A stretch of DNA of 64,000 nt from a virus (Duplodnaviria; Caudoviricetes): the IMG/VR virus record IMGVR_UViG_3300049892_000014, positions 40,913 to 104,912 of that record, one strand, 5' to 3'. The notes beneath the pieces are model-generated. The model saw only the letters and a list, made by a program, of their open reading frames with translations, was not told the DNA's origin and made no database searches. A program made the position numbers and the translations under genes. Each line of letters starts with the position of its first letter. The stretch's first letter is position 1. This document shows positions 37,684 to 47,518 of the stretch, one piece after another.

Positions 37684-37966
37684 GATTTCTCACTGGCGCT
37701 GGACTAAGGGGTTTTCTACTCCAGAGAATATGTCTAGTGCAAACGAGGTACTAGCAAAGCTCATGTTAGTAGTAACAGAATTAGCGGAAGCCGCTGAAGC
37801 GGTGCGCCATGGAGATGAGGCTAATTTTAAAGAAGAGATGGCCGATGCCTATATTAGAATGCTGGATATGACCGGAACATTCGTTGGCTTCGACCTGGAA
37901 CAAGAGATAGAGAACAAGATGGCAGTTAACGAAGGGCGACCACAGTTGCATGGTAAGAGGTGTTAG
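37643..37966 (+). CDS. MazG-like NTP pyrophosphohydrolase
   Basis: ELAEAAEA, EEMAD..IR..D, K...N..R. Confidence 0.85.
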   Translation: MKYSVQGLNKLQAEISHWRWTKGFSTPENMSSANEVLAKLMLVVTELAEAAEAVRHGDEANFKEEMADAYIRMLDMTGTFVGFDLEQEIENKMAVNEGRPQLHGKRC

Positions 37967-37970
37967 TATT

Positions 37971-38639
37971 ATGGTTAGAAGCGATAGAGATCGTGAATAT
38001 GATAAACGGTACAGAGAAGAACATAGAGAAGAGATTAGAGAGCGTGATCGTCGCTGGAGAGCGGAACACCTAGAGAGCATAAGGGAGAGTCAAAGGATAT
38101 CTAATAGAAAATATGCAGAGAAAAACAGAGAATCCCTCAATGCTAAATCTAACAATCGCTACTGGAAAGACATTGAAGCTTCCAGGGCTAAAGGTAGGAA
38201 GTATGCCGCAAAGTATAGAGAAGAACACTTAGAAGCGGTCAGGGGGAGGGATCGTGAGCATTATGCTAAAAAAGGTGGTAAGGAGAAAATGAGACAGTGG
38301 AGAGCGAAAGATCCAGAAGCAAGGAGGGAGAGGGATAGGGAATATGAGAAAAAAAATTACTCCTCTAGAAGAGATGGGAAGCTAAGGAGTAAATACAATA
38401 TCTCACTATCAGACTACAGCGAGATGCTAGAAAAACAAAATGGAGCGTGTGCTATCTGCGGGATAGATCGAAATTTCCCAGGAAAGGGTAATAAGCTATT
38501 TGTGGATCACGATCATAAAACAGGCAAAGTTAGAGGGCTTCTGTGTAACAATTGCAACGCTCACCTTGGAATCCTAGAAAACGAAGCGTTTGTCAATAAG
38601 GCTAATGAGTACTTGGGTGGAGGAGAATATAATGTCTGA
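37971..38639 (+). CDS. endonuclease VII-family nuclease with charged helical N-terminus (probable free-standing homing endonuclease)
   Basis: QNGACAIC, VDHDHKTGKVRGLLCNNCN..LG. Confidence 0.88.
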   Translation: MVRSDRDREYDKRYREEHREEIRERDRRWRAEHLESIRESQRISNRKYAEKNRESLNAKSNNRYWKDIEASRAKGRKYAAKYREEHLEAVRGRDREHYAKKGGKEKMRQWRAKDPEARRERDREYEKKNYSSRRDGKLRSKYNISLSDYSEMLEKQNGACAICGIDRNFPGKGNKLFVDHDHKTGKVRGLLCNNCNAHLGILENEAFVNKANEYLGGGEYNV

Positions 38640-39723
38640 ACATATATGTGAAGTAGTTCCAGTAGTACTAGAGAAACACGACAACGCTGACCTACTGTCT
38701 ATTGTCCGTGTTCGTGGATGGCAGTGTGTCGTGAAGACTGCTGATTTTCAGAACCAGCCACTGGGTATATATATCCCAATCGACATGATGATTCCAGATA
38801 CACCTGAATGGGCGTGGATGGAAAGTAAGCGTGTCAAAACTCACAAGTTCCGTGGAGCAATCTCTCAGGGATTACTTATACCAGCGGCAAAGGGTATGCG
38901 TATCGGAGACGATGTAACGGCACAACTTGGTATCACTAGATACATACCAAAGATTCCTGGTAATAAAAGCAAGCTCCGTGGCGGTCAGTCTATCGCACCG
39001 CCTCCAGGTATGATTAAGTACACAGATATAGAGAACTGGAAGAACTACTCTCATATCTTTACTAATAAAGATCTAGTAGTGGTTACAGAGAAGATACATG
39101 GGGCCAATTCTAGGTTCGCCATACTGGACGGTAAGTTCTATACTGGATCTCACAACACTGTTCGGAAGCCTATTCCGCCAGAGCCGACTAGTTGGTTTGG
39201 TAAGAAGATTCTTTCTTTAAAGCGAAAGATGGGCCTGGCTCCAATTAAGCGGACTCCAGATACATGGCAACAGGTAGCGGTGAATTACGACATAGAGAAT
39301 AAGATGCGCATGGCCTTTCACAATAAGCAGGACGTTATCTTATTCGGTGAAATCTACGGGCCTCATGTTCAGTCTAGTATGCCATACGGAGTTCCAGAAG
39401 GAGAGACTCATGTAGCGTTCTTTGATTGCTATACAGATGGACGCTATATGGGATGGAATGAATTCCAATCCAAAATGATCTCCATGGGTCTACCAACTGT
39501 CCCCCAGCTTAAAATCATGGCCTTCGGTCAAGATGTTATAGATATGGTAGATGGCAAGGCTTTTGCTGGTACTCATATCAGAGAGGGTATTGTTGTAAAG
39601 CCTTGGCCGGATGAGCAGTTCGACAGCAGGCTTGGTCGTAAGGTTATTAAAATGATTAGCGACAAATATCTCTTGAAAGACTACGAGCAAGAGCCTGATG
39701 ACGCTATTGACGTGGCTGAATAA
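38632..39723 (+). CDS. RNA ligase, DRB0094-like with N-terminal OB fold
   Basis: HDNADLL, FRGAISQGL, TEKIHGAN, FGEIYG, FFD, REGIVVK. Confidence 0.88.
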   Translation: MSEHICEVVPVVLEKHDNADLLSIVRVRGWQCVVKTADFQNQPLGIYIPIDMMIPDTPEWAWMESKRVKTHKFRGAISQGLLIPAAKGMRIGDDVTAQLGITRYIPKIPGNKSKLRGGQSIAPPPGMIKYTDIENWKNYSHIFTNKDLVVVTEKIHGANSRFAILDGKFYTGSHNTVRKPIPPEPTSWFGKKILSLKRKMGLAPIKRTPDTWQQVAVNYDIENKMRMAFHNKQDVILFGEIYGPHVQSSMPYGVPEGETHVAFFDCYTDGRYMGWNEFQSKMISMGLPTVPQLKIMAFGQDVIDMVDGKAFAGTHIREGIVVKPWPDEQFDSRLGRKVIKMISDKYLLKDYEQEPDDAIDVAE

Positions 39724-39991
39724 TGGCGACTAAAGAGAAGAGATATAAATGTTTAACTTGCAAGCATCCTCTGGATGAACACACAGAGGATCGCTGCATC
39801 CATTGGAATTGGGACACACAAGCGATCTGCAAATGCAACGAAGGCTCAGATGGTGTTCCTCTTAATAAAGTCTTTGAAAAGATACGTGTTTCAGAGGTTG
39901 TTACTATAGGTAAAAACTTCGTCTGGTTCAAGGGAAATGATGGCAGGCAATGGCGTTGGATGTTTAAACAAAAGAAGTTATTCCCAATAAC

Positions 39992-40004
39992 TGTGGTATA
40001 ATAG
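39992..40004 (+). promoter_or_regulatory. extended -10 promoter (putative late class)
   Basis: TGTGGTATAATAG. Confidence 0.6.
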
Positions 40005-40849
40005 AGGTGTATATGAAAGAAAAACAAGAGCTTGATAAATATACGTTAAACGATGAATTGAATTTCATTGCATGGATAGCATCTAACGGTACAACTGATT
40101 GCAATGGAAAGATTAAGAACGACTCAGAAGTAGAAGAAGACGGTCTTCCACGTAAGGCTAGAACGTGTTCACAGAGGATAGACTTTCTCAGGAAGTATGC
40201 TGGTAGTTGGTCTGACCGTATACTACCAGACGGATGGGAGCCAAAGATGCGAGGCATGGTTACTGATTACATATTCACCATAGCCATCCCTACAGTGTCA
40301 GCCTTACGAGAGGTTCAATTAGGAGATTTGGTTTAATGAATATCATGACAATAGTTTACGATGTTGGGGTTCTCCTGATGTTATTGACTTTAGCTGGAGG
40401 AGTGTATGGCAATATCTATATGCTCTGGAAACTATTGGGAGCATTCCGATATATAGAGTTTTCAGAAGCCAGGAGAATGCAAGCTCCGAATATGGGTATG
40501 CCCAATATGAATCAGTATACTCCAGCCAGTAAGCAGGAGACTGATGGAAGCTTCATCCCACGTACTGAAGCGGACGCATATCTACACGAAGAGGCTAATA
40601 AGATTAGCGTAGCTGCTGGGATCTCCGACGATGAGGCTATTAATGTTCTATTAGAACAGATACGTAGGCAGAATGAAAACAAGGGGACTGTCGCTAATGT
40701 ATAATACGGTTTGACCATAAACTCACTCCATTCAAGGATTGGATAGCCTCTAAGACTACTCTACGTCTCCTTGAGCGTAAGTTTAGGATAAGAGGTGAGA
40801 GTGGTTATCAGGGCGGGGATAAAACCCCGCCTAGTGAAATTGAGTTATA

Positions 40850-42736
40850 TTGAATCATATACAGGAACATAAGATTTTAACAGAGGTATGGGACCATCTG
40901 GATCAAAGACTAGATGATGCTGGGGGAATTGTATGGAAAGCCTGGGAGTCACTATCAAGCTTAGAGATTGAATTTATCACCAAAGAAGTGGGTAGGATAG
41001 TAACAGATCCCAGGTACTATCTCACTCACTATCACAAAATCCGCACCAAAGATAATATGATTCGCTCCATGCTTCCTTTGTTTGATTCGCAGGAAGCGTT
41101 TCTTGAAATATTCCTTCGACAATTAAATAACAAAGAACCGATTAGAATTATCGTCTTAAAAGCTAGACAGCTTGGAATGACATCTTTAAGTACAGCCCTA
41201 GTATTCTGGCGTACTATAACCATGGAAAACGTCAACACTGCCTCTATTAGCGATGAAGATGAGCGTTCATTAGTAGCTTATAATATGTGTCGTATCGCCT
41301 GGGAAAGTTTACCGTGGTGGTTTAAGCCGGAGGTGAGACATCTCGTACAAGCTAAACAGATTACTTTCGACAGAACTAATGAGAAAGATAGGGCGAAATC
41401 TCCTGGGCTTCGTTCAAGTATTAGTTTTGAGCCTGCTAATTCCCCTTCTGGCGCTCTTTATTCTAAGTCTCTCTTTGCTATACATTGCGCTGAAGTAAGT
41501 CGATATCGGAAGGCCGACGCTCTAGTAGAAGGAGTATTCGGGTCTCTTGTTAATATACCTGGCTCTATAGGTATCATGGAAAGCACGGCAAGAGGACGTA
41601 AGGGTGTATGGTATGATATATGCGATGCGGCTATGCACAAGCGTATGGACTGGGAATTCTTGTTCCTTCCGTGGTTTTCAGAGCCTGGATACAGGGAAAC
41701 TGTTATAGGTGGATTTAGCAGAACAAAGGAAGAAGAGTCTATTGCCATAGGCGCTGAACGGGATTATGGAGTAAAGATTGATGATGAGCAATTAAATTGG
41801 CGACGGCGTAAGGCTGCTCAGTTTACGGCGGCTGATGGAAATGACGATAGAGTTGCGCAGGAATTTGCAGGAAATCCAACCGAAGCGTTTCTACAAACAG
41901 GATCGTGCGCATTTAATAAGAAGATGCTCCAGATGCAGGTAAACAACTTCGTACAGCCGCCCATGTGGGAGGGCGAGGTTGCATTAAAGCCTAATAATAA
42001 ACAACCAAAATTGACCAGGCTTCCAGACGGAAGATTTCAAGTATGGGAATGGCCAAGGGCTAATGAAGTATATTACGTACCTGGAGATCCATCTCTAGGA
42101 GTTGAAAACGCCGACTTTTCCTGCATACAGGTATTAAAGATACCAAAAGATCCAATGAAGCCCATTGAGCAAGTAGCTAGATGGCATGGATTAGTAGGAA
42201 CTCCAGAGTTCGCTAGGATCATGTGCGCTATTGGCTATCTGTATAATACTGCTGAAGTGTGTCCAGAGAGTAATACATTCCAGAATATTATCAGCGATAT
42301 AGTCAGGGTATATGATTATCCTAACTGGTATAGATGGACAGCTGACGACAAAGTTAAGGGACAGTACTCTAACTTTATGGGATGGGTCACTAATAGTCGA
42401 ACTCGTCCTGCTATTATCTCTAAATTTAGGGAAGCTATTAATGAGATTACGGTCATCATAAGATCGGCTGACGATATTAATGAATGCTATGATTTTGGTG
42501 ACGTTGATGGCTTTGGTGATTCCAAGCGATTTGAAGCACTCTCAGGACACGATGATGGACTAATGGCATTCATGATTGGATATTATGTTTGCACTAAGAT
42601 ACAGCCAAGACTATACGAGTCTGACGACGTCATCTATACAGACCCTAATGCTACTAGGCAGAATACGGATTACTCCCCAATTTACGACAATGATCCAATG
42701 GATAACCCACAACGCTTTGACTATGACATGCTATAA
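40850..42736 (+). CDS. terL: terminase large subunit
   Basis: LKARQLGMT Walker A, ESTARG, PWF, nuclease GDPSLG..D, ESN, HDD..MA. Confidence 0.92.
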   Translation: MNHIQEHKILTEVWDHLDQRLDDAGGIVWKAWESLSSLEIEFITKEVGRIVTDPRYYLTHYHKIRTKDNMIRSMLPLFDSQEAFLEIFLRQLNNKEPIRIIVLKARQLGMTSLSTALVFWRTITMENVNTASISDEDERSLVAYNMCRIAWESLPWWFKPEVRHLVQAKQITFDRTNEKDRAKSPGLRSSISFEPANSPSGALYSKSLFAIHCAEVSRYRKADALVEGVFGSLVNIPGSIGIMESTARGRKGVWYDICDAAMHKRMDWEFLFLPWFSEPGYRETVIGGFSRTKEEESIAIGAERDYGVKIDDEQLNWRRRKAAQFTAADGNDDRVAQEFAGNPTEAFLQTGSCAFNKKMLQMQVNNFVQPPMWEGEVALKPNNKQPKLTRLPDGRFQVWEWPRANEVYYVPGDPSLGVENADFSCIQVLKIPKDPMKPIEQVARWHGLVGTPEFARIMCAIGYLYNTAEVCPESNTFQNIISDIVRVYDYPNWYRWTADDKVKGQYSNFMGWVTNSRTRPAIISKFREAINEITVIIRSADDINECYDFGDVDGFGDSKRFEALSGHDDGLMAFMIGYYVCTKIQPRLYESDDVIYTDPNATRQNTDYSPIYDNDPMDNPQRFDYDML

Positions 42737-42747
42737 GGAGAAACAAA

Positions 42748-43218
42748 ATGAAAGGTGATGCTTTAATTATTGAAATGTTGAACGACGCCCTGATTGATGA
42801 GCTAATGGCTATTAACCAGTACATCCTACATTCGGAGATATTCAGCAACTGGGGATACGAAAAGCTAGGCGCTATGGAGAAGGGTCTCGCTAGAGCTGAG
42901 ATGGGTCACGCTGAACGACTTATTGAGCGTATTGTATTCCTAGAGGGAATGCCTAATATGACCAACTATCGCAAGTTGAATATTGGAGAAAAGACTCCAG
43001 ATATGTTAGCTAGTGATCTGAAGTTGGAAATGGGAGCCGTTGACAGGTATCGCAAGATTGCTGAGACTGCGTTTAGCAAGGGGGATAAGGTTACATTTGA
43101 ACTGGCATCCTCACTTCTTAAAGATGAAGAGGATCACGTTAATACTCAAGAGGGAGAACGTGATATGATAGTAGATATGGGATTACAGATTTACCTTAGT
43201 ACAAAAGTGGAGGCATAA
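42748..43218 (+). CDS. bfr: bacterioferritin
   Basis: MKGD..., EL.AINQY.LH, EMGHAE.LIERI.FLEG, DEEDH. Confidence 0.93.
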   Translation: MKGDALIIEMLNDALIDELMAINQYILHSEIFSNWGYEKLGAMEKGLARAEMGHAERLIERIVFLEGMPNMTNYRKLNIGEKTPDMLASDLKLEMGAVDRYRKIAETAFSKGDKVTFELASSLLKDEEDHVNTQEGERDMIVDMGLQIYLSTKVEA

Positions 43219-43808
43219 TGCCAGAGATTACACCGCCTATTGGAATGTGTCCAGAATGCGCAGTTGAAGATATTAAAACTTATGGGGTTCTTGCTAGGAA
43301 TGGTATGGAGATAAACTGTACCCGTGGACATTCCTTCGCTAACATGGATGATTTCAATGAGGGAATCACTAAGCAAGAGAGAAAGAAGATGAAGAAAGAC
43401 ATGGATAAAAAAGCTGCTGATACCTTTGGATCTAGAAAGCTTAACGAGAATGATGTTCCGGCAATCGTCCAAAAAAATCCAGACGATATCTCTATAGACG
43501 AGGTTAATAAAGCTAGGCTAGAGACTTTAGTGGGAGAATTTCACGACATCTCAGGACTGGTTGGATTGGTCTACTCTGCGCTGGAAGATAAGAAGAATCT
43601 AGAAGAAGTAATAAGGAATGCCAAGAAAGCTAAAGTCGGGGAAGAGGATGGAAAGATTCTAGTCTCTGGAGACTTGCAGATCTCAGGCGTTATTCCTGAA
43701 CGTCATGTTCAACCGCTGATTGATCTAGCTCACAGCTGGAACAGAAGCGCAACAGAATACGTGAATGAAAGAATGGCCGAACTGTTTGATAATATGATGT
43801 TCTACTAG
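43218..43808 (+). CDS. zinc-ribbon hypothetical protein
   Basis: CPEC...CTRGH. Confidence 0.6.
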   Translation: MPEITPPIGMCPECAVEDIKTYGVLARNGMEINCTRGHSFANMDDFNEGITKQERKKMKKDMDKKAADTFGSRKLNENDVPAIVQKNPDDISIDEVNKARLETLVGEFHDISGLVGLVYSALEDKKNLEEVIRNAKKAKVGEEDGKILVSGDLQISGVIPERHVQPLIDLAHSWNRSATEYVNERMAELFDNMMFY

Positions 43809-43818
43809 GGGGTAGAAA

Positions 43819-44088
43819 ATGCCATTGTATGAAGAGCAATGTCCAGTTTGCGGACTGGTAAAAGAACACTTCTGTCGAATGTCTGAAAGTGACGTTGTTA
43901 TGAAGTGTGAATGTGGAGGCTCAATGGAACGTGTGTTCTCCGTTCCTTCTGTTAGGATCTTCCAGGAATACACAACAACTCATATCCTTCCGCACGGGAA
44001 ACCTATTACTATTACCAGTGAGAGGCATGAGACTTCTGTTCTACGGGAAAACGGATTATGCAAAGCCGACAGCAATCCAACAAAATAA
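43819..44088 (+). CDS. FmdB-like zinc ribbon protein
   Basis: MPLYEEQCPVCG...CECGGSMERVFS. Confidence 0.8.
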   Translation: MPLYEEQCPVCGLVKEHFCRMSESDVVMKCECGGSMERVFSVPSVRIFQEYTTTHILPHGKPITITSERHETSVLRENGLCKADSNPTK

Positions 44089-44090
44089 TG

Positions 44091-44119
44091 TTGACATTCC
44101 AAATTGATTGTGCTACTTT
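44091..44119 (+). promoter_or_regulatory. sigma70-type promoter
   Basis: TTGACA-17-TACTTT with TG extension. Confidence 0.7.
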
Positions 44120-44135
44120 CTGCGTGAGGTGAACA

Positions 44136-44741
44136 ATGAAAATAATTAGACCGAGCGTAGAATTTTTATGGATGACACAATCTCCACTTGAGGCGATAGA
44201 ATTAGCTGGGAGAACTTGCTATAAATCTGAGGATCGAATTACCTCAAAAAGCGCCGAGAAGTTTATCCACATGTTACTCAATAAGGGACATGAAGCCATG
44301 TTAGAACATGCATCCATGTCTTATAGGATCGTATGTGACAGGGGCGTAACTCATGAGATAGTACGTCACCGGCTATTTTCATATGCCCAGGAAAGCACTC
44401 GCTATGTTAACTACAAAGATGGCATAGAGGTGATTAGCCCATTTAACGACGTTATCACTCCTGAAGACGCAGCTACAGCTGGCATTTGGCAGCAGACCAT
44501 GCAGTATTGCGAGTCTACGTATAGATATTTAATAGAGAATGGAGAGAAGCCTCAAATAGCCAGGGCGGTACTTCCGACATGTGTAAAGACTGAGATTGTA
44601 GTTACTGGAAATATGCGAGAATGGAGACATTTCTTTAAGTTGAGGACTGCTAAAGACGCCCATCCTCAGATGCAGGAAGTTGCTAATATGTTGTTGTTTG
44701 ACGCTACATATAGGGTTCCAATTCTTTTTGACGAATACTAA
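44136..44741 (+). CDS. thyX: flavin-dependent thymidylate synthase
   Basis: GRTCYKS, HEAMLEH, RHRLFSYAQESTRY, AHPQM. Confidence 0.95.
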   Translation: MKIIRPSVEFLWMTQSPLEAIELAGRTCYKSEDRITSKSAEKFIHMLLNKGHEAMLEHASMSYRIVCDRGVTHEIVRHRLFSYAQESTRYVNYKDGIEVISPFNDVITPEDAATAGIWQQTMQYCESTYRYLIENGEKPQIARAVLPTCVKTEIVVTGNMREWRHFFKLRTAKDAHPQMQEVANMLLFDATYRVPILFDEY

Positions 44742-44750
44742 GGGGGCAGA

Positions 44751-45128
44751 ATGAAGCGTAAACCTAGTGAAGAGATTATTATGAGAGATCATGCTAACGA
44801 AGAGGTTCAATCTTTTGAGACTGGAGCAACATGTACCAAGGTACATGAGAGATATGATTTAATATGTCCCACCGGTCTTAAGAGAATAGCGCAGCGTTAT
44901 GCGTTGGGGGCTGTTAAATATTCCGATTATAACTGGTGTAAAGGGATTCCTATAAAGGAACGTCTTAACCATTTAATTAAACATGTCAATGAATACATTG
45001 CTAATGGAAACGTATTCGATGATAACCTGGCCGCTATAGCATGGAACGCAATAGCCTTGATGCATTATGAAGAGGACTGCAAGCACCATGAAGCTCCTTG
45101 GATAGACAAGGAAGAGGATGCCAAGTAG
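44751..45128 (+). CDS. dATP/dGTP diphosphohydrolase (DUF5664-like)
   Basis: FETGA, RYDLI, GAVKY..YNW.KGIP, D.LAAIAWN. Confidence 0.82.
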   Translation: MKRKPSEEIIMRDHANEEVQSFETGATCTKVHERYDLICPTGLKRIAQRYALGAVKYSDYNWCKGIPIKERLNHLIKHVNEYIANGNVFDDNLAAIAWNAIALMHYEEDCKHHEAPWIDKEEDAK

Positions 45129-45573
45129 TTGTTATACCTTCGATAAAGCTATACGCAGGAAAATGATTAAAGAAGCGGAGCCTGTGCAATTCAAGCTTCG
45201 CTTCTCTAATCGTAGATACTATATCAAGACGTTTATATGGCCAGATAGGGAATCTATGGTAGCTGGCGCTGCCGTAGAAGGTCCGAAATACCACGCATGT
45301 TATGTTCCATTCTCACCAGCAAACGATCCCCCATGTATAGGTGAATTACACTTCTATGTAGAATTCCTTAAATCAGGAGTAGTAGCACATGAGCTATTAC
45401 ATGCTATCTTTGATCTAGCCTGGAAGCAGCGTCAGATCATAAATCCTCCATCTATAACTACGCCTGATACCGCCAAGAATCATCAGTATTGCGAGTTTCT
45501 CTGTGGAGAACTAGAGAACCTCACTAACCAATTCTGGAAACATTATCCTCTAAGTCAATAAGTATTGATTCCA

Positions 45574-45586
45574 TGTGCTATAATAG
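45574..45586 (+). promoter_or_regulatory. extended -10 promoter (putative late class)
   Basis: TGTGCTATAATAG upstream of portal. Confidence 0.6.
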
Positions 45587-45628
45587 GTCTTGTGTACACC
45601 TATTGATAATTATCTCATGGAGTAGAAT

Positions 45629-47518
45629 GTGGAAATATCCCCCTTATTTACCGGCGACCCTGACGGGATTACGATATCCCAGCAACCTGGATATCAGAAA
45701 ACTGTAAGTGAATGGTGTGAAAGAGTTTACGCTGAGGCGAAGCATGAGCTAGATCAGAATGAAGAGATCATGGGTCTAGACAAATCTATTTCCTTCCTCC
45801 TGGGAAAGCAGTGGTCAGAGAAGCGGCCTACATACAAGTCTTCTCCTGTGAGTAATAGGGTGTGGAGTAACTTAATCCAGCTTGTATCATATCTTACAGA
45901 CTTACGTCCCTCCTTTGAAATTAAAGCATCCAATAAAACATACGATGAGCAATGCGTATTACTAAACAAGCTATCTAGAAGCTGGTTCTATAATCGGGAT
46001 ATTGATTTAGTTCTGTCTCAAATTGTTATACATGCTGCTACCACTATTGGATATGGTAGATTGTCGTGGAATCCAGAGTTATGCGGCGGGATGGGTGATA
46101 TGGAGCTGACGGCTGTTGGCCCTACAGACCTAATACCTATTAAACCTGCAAATCACCTCCAGAACTCCAGAGGAGTTATTTACCAGACAGTTAAAGAATT
46201 AAGTTGGTTTAGGGATAAGTTTCCTATTACTGGCCAGCATGTAAAGCCGGACCCATCTCTATCCAGATTCTCAAAAACGTCCAAGCCATCAGGTGCGGTT
46301 GGCCGAGCGTGGGAAGTTATTGGTCCCGCCATGCGCAGAGTACTATCTGCTTCTTCATCTGTGACCAATGATTCCGTAATGCCTTTAGCTAGGCTTAGGG
46401 AGTATTGGCTTCATGATGATCAGCTTAATACATCTGGAGCCGATGTATACGTAGGAGATCTTGTTAAGGGTTATGGATATAAAGTATCTCCTGGTCAAAA
46501 GCTATACCCACGAGGTAGGCTCATTACTATGGGTGGGGATACTGTTGTTTATGATGGACCTAATCCTTTCTATCACGGACAATTTCCTTTCTGCGCACTT
46601 AGATTAAATCAGGTACCTTGGTCTTGGTTGGGTGTATCTGAATTTAGAAACCAGATTCCCCTACAAGAGTCTATGAATCACATCCTGGCCGGTATTATGG
46701 ATTCCGTGAAACGGGCTGTGAACCCACCTCTTCTTTCTCCATCTAATGCTTTTGGTGATGCAGTAAAGAAGAATATAGATCCTAACATGCCGAATGCCAT
46801 GATCTACTACAACCCAAATACCATTGCTCCTCCACAGTATGCTAGTTCTCCTAGTTTGCCTGGATTTGTGTTCGAGACCATGCTTTACTTCCAAAGGGAG
46901 TTGGATAGTCAGAGTGGGTTCCTTGATCTCCAGGGCTTAACCAGGCGGGGTATTATTCCTGCTGGTGATACGATTGAATCATTAAAACAGAACCAGCAGA
47001 CTATGGTGAGATTAAAGGTTAGGTATATTGAGGGATTCTTTAAAGAGCTTGGTACTCAATTTGTATCTAACGCATTTCAGTTCTACACGATGAAGCGCAG
47101 GATTCACATGCTTGGGAGTGAGGGTCTCACGTTTGAGGACTTCGATTTAGATCCAGAGACAATGATTCCGGCTGAAGTAAACCCAGAGGTATACTTCCGT
47201 AACTTCGGATTCTACGTTGCTCCTGGTAGCTTGCTGGATTCCAATAGAACTCAGAAAGCCCTGCTTATGCTACAACTCCGACGTATGGGAGATATGGATC
47301 TTAAGAATCTGTTAGAGGCTTTGGATCTCGGTAGTATGTATGACAGTATTAAAAAGAACCTACAAGGAGAAGGGGCTGACTTCCTTATCAATGCTATTAA
47401 GCAGAAGATGGGCGGAGGCGCTCCATCAGCTGAAGGTATGTCTCCACAGCAGGCTCAGCAGTTATCTAGTGGTAATATGGGTACAGCGGGATCTGCCGAC
47501 CAGCAGAATAATGGATAA
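45629..47518 (+). CDS. portal protein (P22-like)
   Basis: 629 aa; GKQW, YPRGR, NPFYHGQFPF, Q-rich tail; position between terminase and scaffold. Confidence 0.85.
   Translation: MEISPLFTGDPDGITISQQPGYQKTVSEWCERVYAEAKHELDQNEEIMGLDKSISFLLGKQWSEKRPTYKSSPVSNRVWSNLIQLVSYLTDLRPSFEIKASNKTYDEQCVLLNKLSRSWFYNRDIDLVLSQIVIHAATTIGYGRLSWNPELCGGMGDMELTAVGPTDLIPIKPANHLQNSRGVIYQTVKELSWFRDKFPITGQHVKPDPSLSRFSKTSKPSGAVGRAWEVIGPAMRRVLSASSSVTNDSVMPLARLREYWLHDDQLNTSGADVYVGDLVKGYGYKVSPGQKLYPRGRLITMGGDTVVYDGPNPFYHGQFPFCALRLNQVPWSWLGVSEFRNQIPLQESMNHILAGIMDSVKRAVNPPLLSPSNAFGDAVKKNIDPNMPNAMIYYNPNTIAPPQYASSPSLPGFVFETMLYFQRELDSQSGFLDLQGLTRRGIIPAGDTIESLKQNQQTMVRLKVRYIEGFFKELGTQFVSNAFQFYTMKRRIHMLGSEGLTFEDFDLDPETMIPAEVNPEVYFRNFGFYVAPGSLLDSNRTQKALLMLQLRRMGDMDLKNLLEALDLGSMYDSIKKNLQGEGADFLINAIKQKMGGGAPSAEGMSPQQAQQLSSGNMGTAGSADQQNNG

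Noticed and set aside
37971-38639. Intron-encoded endonuclease
   Set aside because: Flanking MazG and ligase genes are intact and abut the ORF, leaving no room for a ribozyme core
37090-45128. Z-genome or 7-deazaguanine pathway
   Set aside because: No PurZ, Que enzymes, DpdA or polymerase in the window
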